This document shows, piece by piece, positions 11,071-24,554 of a DNA stretch of 64,000 nucleotides. Within the stretch, counting starts at the first letter, position 1. Each line of letters opens with the position of its first letter. The notes under the pieces were generated by a model. It did no database searches, was not told the DNA's origin, and worked only from the letters and a program-made list of their open reading frames with translations. Source of the stretch: Haliotis rufescens (taxonomy: Eukaryota); NCBI RefSeq assembly GCF_023055435.1, contig NW_025964223.1, positions 23,746,001 through 23,810,000 of the forward strand, in the 5' to 3' direction. Both the position numbers and the translations under genes were made by a program.

Positions 11071-12869
11071 GGTGGGAACTTCCCTCGCACATGTTGTCTT
11101 GCGTTGGTGTGACTTCTTCTCGAATCTTATTCTCCAAGCGAGGAAGAAAATGCATGAAGATCTGATTGGTGGTTATTTGATGGAGAGAATTATTTGAATA
11201 TAAATGTTACTTTATTTAGACCAGCTAAGATGCACTCATCCACTCCAATATGGCACAAAAAGCAACAAAAGATATACGAATCTTTCTGCATTTTAATGAA
11301 TGGACATTTGGGGTTCAGTAAAGAAGGAGGCCGTCATACGAATGTTTTCAGGTGGTGTTCGGGCAGGTTCAGGCGACGGCGCACGTGTGGCCTGAGATGG
11401 TATAGGTTCCGTTAATTCCTGAACTCAACTATAGAAACAGTGAAGTGAAATAGAAAACCAATATTTCGTCAGTGTTTATACATTCCTGTGTCATTAAACC
11501 ATCATGTATCTGTGCTACATGCAAACGTTGGAATTATAGCGTTATATGTCTATCGCATATGCTGATTTATGTTATACGTGGATCAAAACTATTCAAGAAG
11601 TACCCCTCGGTCATTGCTGAAGTTTTGTTTGTATGATATGAGTGTATTGTCATCAATATTTCAGCTTCAACACCGAGGTCTGTTTTCAGATGAATTTTAT
11701 CTTAATGATAGTCACAAGTTCCACAAAATAATGTCGACATCATCCAGAAAAGGAAAATGTAGATCATAATACTTATTTTAAAAATATGATCAAAACTAGA
11801 TGAACACGCAATACACTTGAAAAAATAAATATAAACAAAACAACGATGATGTTTTTTCATCAAAATGGCATATCAAACAAACAAGCTCTGGCTAATAGTG
11901 ATTTGAGATTTAATCATCTAAAATCAGAGTTGGAAAGCTGAAGGACGGAGGCAAGTTTGAACTTTTGAGCATAACATCCATCCCTTAGTGCTTGATATTG
12001 TTAATATGTATATGGACCATAATACTATTGGTAATGCTAGTCGGGTAAGTCAAATTGACTGCAGTTTCACCGAACTCATTCCTAACAACTGCGATGGAGA
12101 TGCCGTTCTGTTTCAAAGTAAAATATAATGACTAGAGTTGTTATTTATTAACATGAAATATGACAATTCTGACGAGTTGATTTTGTTGGATGAAAAGACC
12201 TGTTATCCCCATCCCCATGTTCAACGAATTAGGTTTATTTAAGCTTTCGTGCTTCTCCTTAAATAGTCATCACTATATGGATACTAGTTAACCGTATCTA
12301 CACATCTATATGAACTACTACTCAATTATGTAATTCATGTACATTTTCTTTCAAAATGGAATAAGTTACTGAGACACATCACAATTTCACGACCCATTTT
12401 CCCTGAAATATTTATAATAAAATATGAACTCATGTAAAGATATTTTTAATGTGAAATCCACTCAAACATGACATATTACTTAGAAAATAAGTTAAGCGAA
12501 ACCCAACATTTTTGACAATACAAAAACTGGGGTCGAAATGTTAACAAGATAGGGAGAGTTTTATATATAACGACAACATTGTGTAAAGAGGTTTATTGAC
12601 ATGAAACAATAGTTTAAATTTTGTGGATATTTGCTATTATGTGTCAGTAGCAGTGATTTATAGCCACGAACGAGCTGAAACACTATCACCGCAAGTCACA
12701 TATAGGGCAGCATATCAAAAAGCCAGTGTAGCAGAAAGGTCGACGTCATTCCCATCCTGGGAAAGTGATATAACCACTGATCCGTCAGTAATGTGTGCAG
12801 GATCCACTGCATAATTCACTGCTTGTACCTTTCGTCTCATGCTACGTATTAGTCTCTGAATGGTGTCTT

Positions 12870-13560
12870 GTGTCACTAACACTTCCTGATGTGAGCTACA
12901 TCCAGTTCTGCTAGCGCTCTCATGGGAGAGACTCTTTGATGGTTTGAACGCCTAAGAATGTCCCAAAAGGTGTTCTCTGGGGTTCATTATCAGATCCGGA
13001 CTGCATGCTGGTCATGTGAGTGCTGCTATGGCCTCCTGATCAAGAAACCCTTGATCTGTGTTATCGCCAATAACCCTTGGTCAAGCGTTATCGTTATTTA
13101 ACATAGGTCGAATCCTAAGAGGATGGTTGTCGAGAATGGCATTACGATGGGATCAAGGAAGTCATTACGATATTTCTCACAATTGAGCGTGCCCAGTACT
13201 GTCACAAGGTCCAGCCTGCAATCATATCCAACACATCCCCATATCATCACAGATCCCTGACCAACTTCAAAGGTCGTTTAGGTGTTTTCGGAGCGAATGG
13301 CCTTTGACCTTGCCTCTAAACACCACCTCTGCGATTAGTAACATGCAATAACATCCTACACTCATCTGACCAATGAATCCTACGCCAGGAAGCCACATTC
13401 AGTCGTTCGCGGATAGGTCTGTCATTCAAGAAATGAACGTTTGACTGGTCTACGTGCTCGATATCCCAACGTCTTGAAGTGATGCAAGTTCACTTGTTCC
13501 TTAATGCAGGGGCACCGGCAAAGGGGACACGCCTCACAAGCCTCAGCAACGATCTAGTAT
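12870..13560 (-). mobile_element. Decayed Tc1-family transposase fragment
   Basis: Minus-strand motifs WRRIHWSDECR, DNA and PACSPD..NP.E..WDIL.R, with stops and frameshifts. Confidence 0.75.
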
Positions 13561-13837
13561 TTGGAATATTGCTTGTGTCATCAGATTAATTAGTTTTTAA
13601 ATTTTAATTTCCAAACCTCTACACGCATCTAATTATACTGGTGCTCATCTTTTATTACTCAGTATATAGGCTTGGGTCTGAAACTTGTATCACAAGGGTT
13701 ACATTAATTTACAGATTCATATTCATGGTATGAATAATATCAGAAAAATAGACATGAACAGATGGATGGGTTCTATATTATATTGTTAAACCAATTGTGC
13801 TTCCATGGTCAGGGTCACCCCATGTTGTCGTGTTTTC

Positions 13838-14087
13838 AGAAGTGAAGTGAAGTGAAGTGAAGAGCTACGATGTGATGCGATGCGATGCGATGCGATGCGA
13901 TGCGATTCGATGCCACGTGAAGTAAAGTGAAGAAGTGAAGTGACTTAGTGTGATAAAAGTGAAGAGATGTGACGTGACGTGAAGCGAAGTGGTGTAATAT
14001 GAAGTGATGTGAAGTGACGTGATGTGATGTGATGAAAGTCACGTGACGTGACGTGATGTCATGTCATGTTATTGAAGTGACGTGACT
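13838..14087. repeat. Compound pentanucleotide repeat (GTGAA/GATGC/GTGAC/GTGAT)
   Basis: Direct reading; paralogue at 23987-24133 and short relics at ~33465, 42972, 52387, 61771. Confidence 0.9.
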
Positions 14088-14477
14088 CTCCGACAATTTT
14101 GTTCTGAGTATCCCATACTCGTTATGTGAAGGGACTCAAAGAGAATCGGGTGGAAACAATGGAGACCTGTGGAAAATATAGTCTACTCACACTTTCAATC
14201 CTGCTCACATAATCGAAAACAGATGTGAGATATATTCAGCCTACTCTACAGGGAAAAATGTATTGACCTTAGTCTGTTATACATTCTGTCGTGTCGTGTT
14301 GAATCGGGATACAGTTCAGGATAAACTTGATTTGTATTTAACCTTGTCGAAACTCGACGGGATCAATAAATATACATGAAAAACAGACATGACCATATGT
14401 ATTGCTTCTATATTATATTGCACAACCAATATGTGCTTCTGTAATCGGAGACGCTCCATTTGGTCAAAGGTGAAGGT

Positions 14478-15384
14478 GGCAACAACACAAGAGTTGACAC
14501 TGAAGGTGTAGGCCCCTCCTGCGCCCTGCAATGTGAGGCAAGATGGAGAAATTGTTACTGGTTTTATTTCCTTAAATTTAGTTAGATAACATAGGATGCA
14601 TTAATATAAAAGGCATATTTATCGAGGTTTTTTAAAATCAATCTATGCGATTAGATCTCTACACGTGACAAAAATAAATCCAAAACATGCTTACATGAAC
14701 TTCCTACCCTTGTCCTTGTCTAACAAATCGCAAAGAGAACCATCGTATTAATAATCATTGGGATTAATTGCGGTTTCACTATAGTCGACAAATCACAATA
14801 TTCTAGCCTGTCATATCTGGGATGAACTCTACTTTGCTTTGATACTCCCCTTGCTAGGGTCGAGTTATGAGACGGTTCGCTGTAAGAATTTCAGGGATAT
14901 ACCTACTCAACGCAGTTCAACTGGCACGCGTTGTCGCGGTGTCACCGACGGGGTCAAGGATGCGGGAACAAAGGCAGTCACAGTTGACAGTGCTGGCTAT
15001 GAAGAAATATGAGGTGTAGAATGATATGTCTAATCTGATACTGGTTCCTCGGGAAGCACTTTGTCTTTGAAAGGATTTTTTTCCACACAATATACCTTGA
15101 CCGACACTTTAAATCGACGACTTTTGATTTCTAAATGTAAAACATTATCGATGTGGCTTCACTTCGACACAGTCAATCTGAGACCAACGGGTACGGGAGG
15201 GATGGGGAGAAACTGGTGACAAACGAATACTGGATTCAAAACTATGTGAGGTTTCTGGCTCGCATAACTCAGCGGTGACCCGTGGGAAAATGCACAACGG
15301 ATTGTGCATGTGCATTTGAATATACCTGATAAAACAGAGCTTAAACTCACCGCACAGAACCACAGCAAGAACAGCAGCCTTAAT
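14478..15384 (-). pseudogene. K2: Kazal-type inhibitor pseudogene
   Basis: Exon 1 (15384-15351) has ATG>ATT and a 9-nt deletion. Exon 2 (14996-14907) is 90 nt instead of 103 (13-nt frameshifting deletion) and has CysIII>Gly. Exon 3 (14525-~14478) has deletions including the stop codon. PolyA signal is changed to AATATA. Confidence 0.9.
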
Positions 15385-15713
15385 CTTGATACAAAAGGTG
15401 GAGCTTCTTTTCCGAACAGGATCAAAGTATCGAATGGATTGAAATCTCCGCATTTATACACTACACAAGCCCATATAACATACTAATTCATGTAATATAT
15501 AGCTCCTCGGTCGATTTTGTAATCGAAGATATAATTAGAGGCATCGTATAAATGACTATTTCACAAGAGGTGAAGTGCACATGAATTCACATCACTCACT
15601 CGCTCGCCCTGTCTCAAACTTACTCACTCATTCACTCAACCTCTAACTCACGCTATAACTCTCTAACTCACTTACTCTCCAAATCATTCAGTCACTCAAT
15701 CTCTAACTCATTC

Positions 15714-15980
15714 GACCCGTGAAGATCTGGGGTAGAATAGGTCTTCAGCAACCCATGCTTGCCGTACAATGCGACTTTGCTTGTCGTCAGAGGCGACTTA
15801 CGGGATCGGGTGATCATGCTCGCTGACCTGGTTCATGCATCTCGTTGTATCCCAATTATGTGGATCAATGCTCATGATGTCAATCACTGGATTGTCTGGT
15901 CCAGACTTGATTATTAACAGACCACCGTCATACAGCTGGCACATTGGTGAGTGCGGCGTTAAACAACAATCAATCAATCA
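15714..15980 (+). mobile_element. SINE-like family C
   Basis: TSD aactcattc; (CAAT)n tail; inserted in a degenerate (ACTC)n tract. Confidence 0.8.
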
Positions 15981-17688
15981 AACTCATTCACTCACTCGCT
16001 CTCCAACTCTCTGTCGCCAACTTCCATTAAAAATAGGGGACACTAGTACGGTAAGACATCTTCACCCGTTTGTGAATACTTGGTGTCATCTTTGCAAGTT
16101 TACAAAATGTATTCTTTGCATCTGAATGTAGTAATCCCATAAATTCATCATTAATTAATTTTAAGCATATGAAAAATATAATTCGGAAAAAGGAAGAATT
16201 TCTAAAGAATATAATGTAATTTTCCGCATAGTGCTTGATATCATGTGCCGGTAATATAGAGCTAGCACTCTGAGACAGAATGCTGCAGTTTGCCATGGAT
16301 ACACCACTCAGACAAATCACCCTGATTCCTAGTTGACAAGTCTTGTTTTCACACCCTTACCCAAGTGTAACAGGATTTACAATCTTTCAACGTCTTTTGG
16401 TATGACACGGCCAAATCAGGTTATTTGTTATTCTTACTATACATTTCGCTTCAACCAATTATCTGCTTGTTATCTATTACCGTTGTTGTCAATGTTACTC
16501 TGCTGCTTATCACAACATGTTATGTATATATACCTCTCATCACTTGGTTGTTGTGCCTCCAGCTTGATAACGGTGTAGGATTCACATCTAAACGTCTAAA
16601 TGCACGCAGACATATCAACTAATTGACCAGTCTTGTTTTCACCCCCTTTGTGCTGAGCACCAGGCAAGGGTAACAAAAAGTACAATCTTTCAACATCTTT
16701 TGATATGGCATGGCCAAGGCATCGAACCACCGACCTTCCGCTTTCCGGGCACTACACCACGAAGGGCGGGGGTAAGATTTCCCCCTACCTTTATACCGTG
16801 TACAAGTGCAGTAATCTTGGTCATATCGCTCTTAAACGTCTGCTGCTATCAATTCAGCACTCTTACTTCCTATTAAAAAAATTATGATTGGGCAGTACAG
16901 TGGTGTTTAAGCAATTAATGTTTAAAAACGGATTTATGTGATAAAACATGACCAGTTCAAAACATGTCGTGAAGAATGAATATAAACTCAGAGACAAAAG
17001 AAAGTATACCGTGTTTGTTTTTTATGTAATTTAAAATTAACAGAATGTTTTGAAATGTGATTGAGTCTATTTAACCATCAGTCGTTCCTACAGCAGTTTG
17101 TAAAATGTTATCTGTGACAGGGTATATTTTTATAGAATTAAATTGAATTGAATTAAACATGAATTGGTTCAATGAAGACAAGGATCAGAAATGAATTTGC
17201 AACCACATGACCCCTACCATGTTTGAAATGTTGTAAATGTGTGCCAAAAAATATTTTGGGGGGTTTTCAATGATAAGATGCGCGAGATACCCATCAACAA
17301 TTGTGTATTATGCACAAACCAACATGTTAATTTGTAAAAGTTTTAAGTCGAATCATATTTTCAAAATAAAACAATGTAGAAGTAATCTTTGAGTGCTGAC
17401 TCATCGCCAGTACATCCTATGTTTTAATATGATATTGCTAACTGAATTTTTTTTCATTTGAAAATCAAACGTATGAAAAAATGAAACTGGGAGGCATAAT
17501 TTCTTTTGCTCCTCAGTTTATGTGAAACAGTCCAATGTTCTCAAGAACATTACAGGATATGTCGTTGTATAACGGGATTATATTGGAGTCTATATCCTTT
17601 CATATCTACAATATCCTTTCAGAGTCGATACCATCTCTCAGTTTCAATCTTGCTAGTTAAGTGAGTCACCATACCGTAGGAATCACTG

Positions 17689-17691
<3 letters not shown>

Positions 17692-17761
<70 letters not shown>
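17692..17761. repeat. (CA)n microsatellite
   Basis: Direct reading. Confidence 0.95.
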
Positions 17762-17764
<3 letters not shown>

Positions 17765-18425
17765 AAATGCACGGGTGACTTAATCCGGCTGGTCTCAAAG
17801 CAAAACAGCTGGTGTTTCGGGTGCTGAACCCCACCGGGCACACCTATATCAACATACGACTCACTCAACGAAAATCCGTTCACCCTCTCACTCTCTAAAA
17901 CGAAAAGCCCAACGCACTCAACGAGAACACATCCATCCACTCCCTCACTGAAACGGAAAGCCTACCTACCTGACAAAAGGGTGATTTCCACCTGAGGTTT
18001 TCAAACTCAAGTATACAATTTGTACATCAAGATGGTTCAAACGTAGCACGAAGCGAACGTAGTGCTGACAAGATTGGGAATTTAACCTTTAAAGGTAAAA
18101 TGAGGGTTTCTTGGAATATTCAAATCTTGCATGTTTGTAACTATCTCTTAACTGGCATTTAAAGTACGTGAATTTCAAATGAGAGCTTTATGTGGATTTG
18201 AATTGGGTACTACCTGGCATGACGAGCATTAACTACTTACAACAACCCGGTGCATAGCACATGCCATTTGAACAGATCATAAAATCATAGCTTACAAATC
18301 GATTAAGGAGCTTTATATCACTTGAACTATTTTACATTGGCTTGTGTAATGTATAAATACGGCGATTTCAAACCATTCGATACTTTGATCCTGTTCGGAA
18401 GAGAAGCTCCACATTTTGTATCAAG

Positions 18426-20151
18426 ATGAAGGCTGCTGTTATTCTTGCTGTTCTTGCTGCGGTGCTGTGCGGTGAGTTTAATCCTTTTCTATCTGATGCC
18501 TTTGTGTGATGGCCATCATGTGCTACACTCTTTAGGTTGTTGTAGTACCGCTCTGGGTACATGTGATTTTATGCATCCCTCGTTAGCTTTTATAAAATCA
18601 TATGTACCGAGGGATCCTGCTACAACGATTATTTTAATATGACATTGTAAAAGAATGAAAACAGGTTAATGTGTGCTATGTCATGAGACTTTCATTGACT
18701 CGGAAAAAGCGTACAGTGGTTTGCTTCAAAGCGGGGTGTAAGGGATTTATTCTATATCTCAGAAATCCACGTGTTGTCTGTCTTGGTCGTGGCGGGGTAT
18801 AAGGGAGTTATTCTCCTTCTCAGCAATACATGTGCAGTCGGTGTTCTTCGTGGCGGGGTACAATGCATTGATTCTCCCGCTGAGAAGTGTATTTCACTCC
18901 AAGGTGGGATACATAGTAATTTATCAAGATCAGATAACCTACCTATGTTATCCCACTCATGTATGCCCTTGTTGTTACTGTTAATCCTCTACTGTTAATC
19001 CTCCACTTGCTATATATATTCTGCACTATGTCCCTCATTCAGTCTTGCTTGACAACGGTATAAGGATCTTTACCGAAACGTCGCTTTTTACAGTATTAAA
19101 GAAGTTGTTATCCATAAAATTGTGTCTATCTTGTCAAGATCAGATCAGACCATTTTGACATGGATGTATGGTAATAGAATTTATACTTTACTTAGAAAGT
19201 GGAATCCGAAGCATGACATTGTTCCTTCCGCGAAACGTTCTTTTGAATTTCAGATTAGATCTGATTTCGACCCTTTAGTTTTTAGCATCACACCTGAGCT
19301 TGTTGGTTTCAGGAGGACTCGACCGCGTCCTTATGAAGCAAAAACAAAATGTGCATTTAAAGTGTCGGTCAAGATATACTGTGTAGAACCTATTCATTGC
19401 AACAGTGCTTGCTGAGGGACCTGTATCAGGATAGACATATCATTGTAACCCCTAATCTCTCTTCACAGCCAGCACTGTCAACTGTGACTGCATTTGTTCC
19501 CGCATCCTTGACCCTGTCTGTGACACCGCCGGCAACTACTACGACAACGCGTGCCTGTTGAACTGCGTTGAGTAAGTATATCAATGACTATTTTATAGAA
19601 ATCCTTCACATAACTCCACCCAGCACGAGTATTAAATCAATATATAACTCACCCCGACTATAACAGGTTAAGAATATGGGGATTGGTCACCCGAAAAACC
19701 GTAAAGTGATAACATCAGCCGTAGCCCTTTTGTCTTTTTTTGTATATGATCATGGTAAATACATACATTATATCTCCATGATCTCGACAGTCACTAGAAT
19801 GACGTCCATTTTCCCCTTCAAGAATTATGTCATTTGCATATATCTGTTTCATTTGGCGGCATAAACATGTATTCAATAGACAAAGGCAGGAAAGTCAATA
19901 AGCAGGGCAACATGTTTGGGGATTTTTGTCGTGTCTGTAGATCCAATTGCTTGTATTGAGTTTAATGAAACGACACCTTTATCAGCTATACATAATCTTA
20001 TGTAATGTAACTACAATAAAGGAAATGTACCAGTAGCACGAATTCCTCATTCGTGACTCACGACTGATCTTCACTTTGCAGGGATGCGGTCCAGGCCGCA
20101 GAAGGCGTCTACACCGTCAGTGCCAACTCTTGCGTTGCTGCCAGGAAGTAG
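18426..20151 (+). CDS. K3: secreted Kazal-type inhibitor precursor, 72 aa
   Basis: Exons 18426-18471, 19469-19571, 20082-20151. Translation MKAAVILAVLAAVLCASTVNCDCICSRILDPVCDTAGNYYDNACLLNCVEDAVQAAEGVYTVSANSCVAARK*. TATAAA 18352, AATAAA 20213. Confidence 0.9.
18936..19133 (+). mobile_element. Short Penelope-like retroelement end in K3 intron 1
   Basis: Flanked by the direct repeat tcaagatcagat and absent from the K1 intron. Contains cttgacaa-[stem-loop]-ccgaaacgtcg followed by attaaa. Confidence 0.55.
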
Positions 20152-23100
20152 ATGACCTTCACCTTTGACCAAATGGAGCTTCCCCGACCACAGAAGCACA
20201 TATTGCTTCAGCAATAAAATGTAGAAGCAAACCATCTGGTCATGTCTATTTTTCTGATTTTATTAATACTGATGGCTGTCCACATGATTAGATACAAGAC
20301 ATGTAATTTTGAACTGAGCCATCATTCGATACGACAGAATGTGCTTTTGGCTGATAACCTGCACAGAAAAAGGTCAACACATCTGTCTCTGTGGGGATAG
20401 GCTGAATACATCACACATCTGTTTGCGATTATGTAAGCAAATTTGAAAGTGTAAGTGGACTATATTTCCCTTGCACAGTCGAGACATTTGAACGGTTGAG
20501 TATTCACCAATCAACCCATACAGGATACAAGGGAAGCGCAGTACAGACTTTAGAGTATAATGGCCCTGTTCTGCCACCATTGCTCCACCCGACCCTCATT
20601 CAGTCTCCTCATTAAAACACGCATGATCTCCTCAGTACATACATTTCTCGGAATACATGTTGGCGCTCGTAAATACATCATGACTTTGTATTAGCATATT
20701 ATATACATTTCCCTCAAATAGGGAGTCAACCATCTCTGTGGTGATAGTGGATAGAGCGTCTGCCCAGAGTGAGAGAGGGTGAGGCAGAGGAGGGAGGGAG
20801 GGAGAGAGAGAAGGGGGTGATTCGACCAAATATCAAAAGACGTACAAATATACTACTTGTTGTTACCCTGCCTCTGATGTCGGCATTAAGGGGAGATGAA
20901 ACAAGGAGTGGCCGTGTACATATTGTCAGTGGTATTTCGGTGTGCTAGCACTATTGGACATCAACAGCATGCTGATCTGATTGGTGGTTATTTGTCTTGA
21001 TAAAAAGGCGTGATTGTTTGCATATAAATGTTACAGTATTTAGACCAGCTAAGATCAGATGCACACATGTCTCTATTGCTCCTCACTGCGAGATATAGCT
21101 CGTTCTGTAGGCTTTCGTCATCGTAGAAAAGGTTTTATGTGACCGCCATTAGTAACACAAAGTGCAAGCATGGTGACAAACATGGTGACAAGCTAAACTG
21201 TCAGCTAGACATGTTCACGGGTGGTGAATAGTTAGGCAGTGTGTATTGACGTCAACCTGCCTCGCAGCGGACCGTTGGCGTGCCGGGGTCATAATCCAAC
21301 ACTCTGATTATGATTCTTTGTTTTAGCAGCACCATCCCTGGTTAACGACATAGACCTTCATCAGTTTGTGCTCTTCCTCACAGGAGCTGACACGCCGTGA
21401 GATTACACTTGTCGCTTGCGTCCACCCTCATATGGCATAAAAAGAAACAAAAGATTTTAATGAATGAACATTTGGGGTTCAGTAAAAAAGGGGGCCTTAA
21501 TGAATGTATTCAGATGGTGTTAAGGCGACGGCGCACGAGTTGCCTGAGATGGTAAAGGTTCCAGCTAATTTCTCAACTCCACTGTAGAAACAGTGACGTG
21601 AATAAACAAAAACACTATATTTTCAGTGTTTAAACATTCCTGTGTCATTAAACCGTCAAGTATCTGTGCTACATGCAAACGTTGGAATTATACCGTTTTT
21701 GGCTATCGAATATGATGATTTATGTAATACTGGGGTCAAAACTATTCAAGAAGTTTGACAAGTAATGAGTTCTTACGTGCTGTCAAGCATACAGGTTCTA
21801 CACAAGACTTTGAGGTCAGTGCCACAAACCGGGTCAAAGATGAAAGAGCATGCACATATCTCTCCAGATACGGAGTAGGTGGCGGTAAAAAGACGATACA
21901 ATTCAATGGGATATTCAGTGTTGTGTACCGCACTACCGTCGAAACCAGGTAGATTTGAGTTTATTGTCATCAATATTTCAGCTTCAACACCGAGGTCTGC
22001 TTTGAGATACATTCTCTCTTCATGATAGTCACAAGGTCCACAAAAGTATGTCATCCAAAAAAGGAAAATGTAGATCATAATAATAATTTTAAAAATATGA
22101 TAAAAACTAAAAGAAACGGAATACAATTAAAAAAATAAATGTAAACAAAACTATATGCACAAATGTTAAATCAAACTTAGGATAAACTGTAGGTAGTGAA
22201 ACCATAACAACGGTAAGAGTATCTATAAACGGTTTTTCATCATAATGGCATATGAAACAAACAAGCTCTGGCTAATAGTGATTTGATATTTAATCATCTA
22301 AAATCAGAGTTGGAAAGCTGAAGGACGGAAGCAAGTTTGAACTTTTGAGCATAACATTCATCCCTTAGTGCTTGATATTGTTAATATGTATATGGACCAT
22401 AATACTATTGGTGATGCTAGTCGGGTAAGTCAGATTGACTGCATTTTCACTGAACTCATTCCTGATATCTGCGGTGGAGATGCCGTTCATTTTCAAAGTA
22501 ACATATGATGACCTGAGTTATTTATTTACATGAACTATATTTGATGGATGATTTGTTGGATGAAAAGACCCCATCCCCATTATTAACGAATTATGTTTAA
22601 CGATTTTAACTTTCGAACTTCTCCTTCAATAGGTATCACTATATGGATACCAGTAAACCGTATCTACACATCTAAATTTATATGAACTACTACTCAAACA
22701 TGTAATTCATATACTCTTTCATTCAGAATGGAATTAGTTACTGAGACACATCACAATTTCACGACCACTTTTCCCTGAAATATTTATAATAAAATATGAA
22801 CTCGCTTTCACATGTAAAGATATTTTTAATGTGAAATCCACTCAAACAAGACATATTACTTAGAAAATAAGTTAAGCGCCACTCAATATTTTTGACAATA
22901 CAAAAACTGGGGTCAAAATGTAAACAATATGGGGAGAGTTTTATATAAAACGACAACAAAATTGTGTAAAGAGGTTTATTGACATGAAACAATAGTTTAA
23001 ATTTTGTGAATATTTGCAGTTATGTGTCAGCAGCAGTGATCATAGAACAGCAAGTGTTTTATAGCCACTAAAGCGCTGAAACACTATCAACGCCAGTAAC

Positions 23101-23196
23101 ATATAGGGCGGGATATAAACAAGCCAGTGTAATTGAAGGTCATTTCCACACTGGGAAAGTGATATAACCACTGATCAGTCAGTAATGTGTGTAGGA

Positions 23197-23200
<4 letters not shown>

Positions 23201-23266
<66 letters not shown>
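23201..23266. repeat. (CT)n microsatellite
   Basis: Direct reading. Confidence 0.95.
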
Positions 23267-23269
<3 letters not shown>

Positions 23270-23271
<2 letters not shown>

Positions 23272-23790
23272 GTTTCTTGTGGCACCAACACTTCCTGATG
23301 TGAGCAGCATCCAGTTCTGCTAACGTTCTCACGGGAGGGTCTCTTTGATGGATTAAACTCCCAAGAATGTCCCACGGGTGTTCTGTGTGGTTCATGATCA
23401 GATCCGGACTGCATGCTGGCCATGGGAGCGTTGCTATTTCCTCCTGATTAAGAAACCCTTGATCTGTGTTATCGCCAATAACCCTTGGTCAAGCGTTATC
23501 GTCAATTCACACCAGGGTTGTCCTAAGAGGATGGTTGTCGAAAAATGGTACTTTGGTTGGATCAAGGAAGTCATTGCAATATTTCTCACTATTTAGCATC
23601 ACAAGGTCCAGTTTGCAATCACATGAAACATATCCCTTCACAGATCCCTGACCAACTTCAAGGGTCGTCTGGATGTGTTTCGGAGCGAATGACCTTGCCT
23701 CTAAACACTTCCTCTGTCATCAGTAACCTGCAATAACATACTGCACTCATCTGACCAATGAATCCTACGCCAGGTAGCCACATTCAAACC
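23270..23790 (-). mobile_element. Paralogous Tc1 transposase remnant
   Basis: WPACSPDL / NHTEHPWDILGSLIHQRDPPVRTLAEL; homologous to 12870-13560. Confidence 0.75.
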
Positions 23791-23845
23791 CGCTCGTGTC
23801 CTGTACCACATCCGAATGTTTATTACTTAGTATATAGGTTTGGGC

Positions 23846-23986
23846 NNNNNNNNNNNNNNNNNNNNNNNNNNNNNNNNNNNNNNNNNNNNNNNNNNNNNNN
23901 NNNNNNNNNNNNNNNNNNNNNNNNNNNNNNNNNNNNNNNNNNNNNNNNNNNNNNNNNNNNNNNNNNNNNNNNNNNNNNNNNNNNNN
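23846..23986. other. Assembly gap (141 N)
   Basis: Run of N next to the pentamer repeat. Confidence 1.
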
Positions 23987-24131
23987 GTGAAGTAAAGTGA
24001 AGAAGTGAAGTGGTGTGATAAAAGTGAAGAGTGACGTGACGAGAAATGGTATAATGTGAAGTGATGTGAAGTGACGCGATGTGATGAAAAGTATGTGACG
24101 TGACGTGGCGTGACGTGACGTGACGTCATGT

Positions 24132-24133
<2 letters not shown>

Positions 24134-24187
<54 letters not shown>
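24134..24187. repeat. (CT)n microsatellite
   Basis: Direct reading. Confidence 0.95.
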
Positions 24188-24189
<2 letters not shown>

Positions 24190-24554
24190 ACAATTACGTT
24201 CTGGGTATCCCATGCTTCTTGTGTGAAGGGACTTTAAGAGAATCGGGTGGAAACAATGGCGGCCTGTGGAAAAAAAAGTTCACTCACTCTTTCAAATCTG
24301 CTTACTTAATGTGATGTGAGATATATTCAGCCTACCCTACAGGGGAGAATGTTTTGACCTTAGTCTGTAATACATTCTGCCGTGTCGTGCTGAATCGGAA
24401 TACAGTCCAAGATACACTTATTAAAAGGTATTAATAAACATACATAAAAAACAGACATTACTAGAGGGATTGCTTTTATATTTTATTGCACAACTAATAT
24501 GTGCTTCTGTAATCGGGGACGCTCCATTTGGTCAAAGGTGAAGGTGAAAATCAT

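Noticed and set aside
21755-21952. 65-codon open stretch present in unit 2 but largely deleted in unit 1
   Set aside because: No recognisable motif, no convincing splice context and not retained in paralogues. Possibly an old TE remnant.
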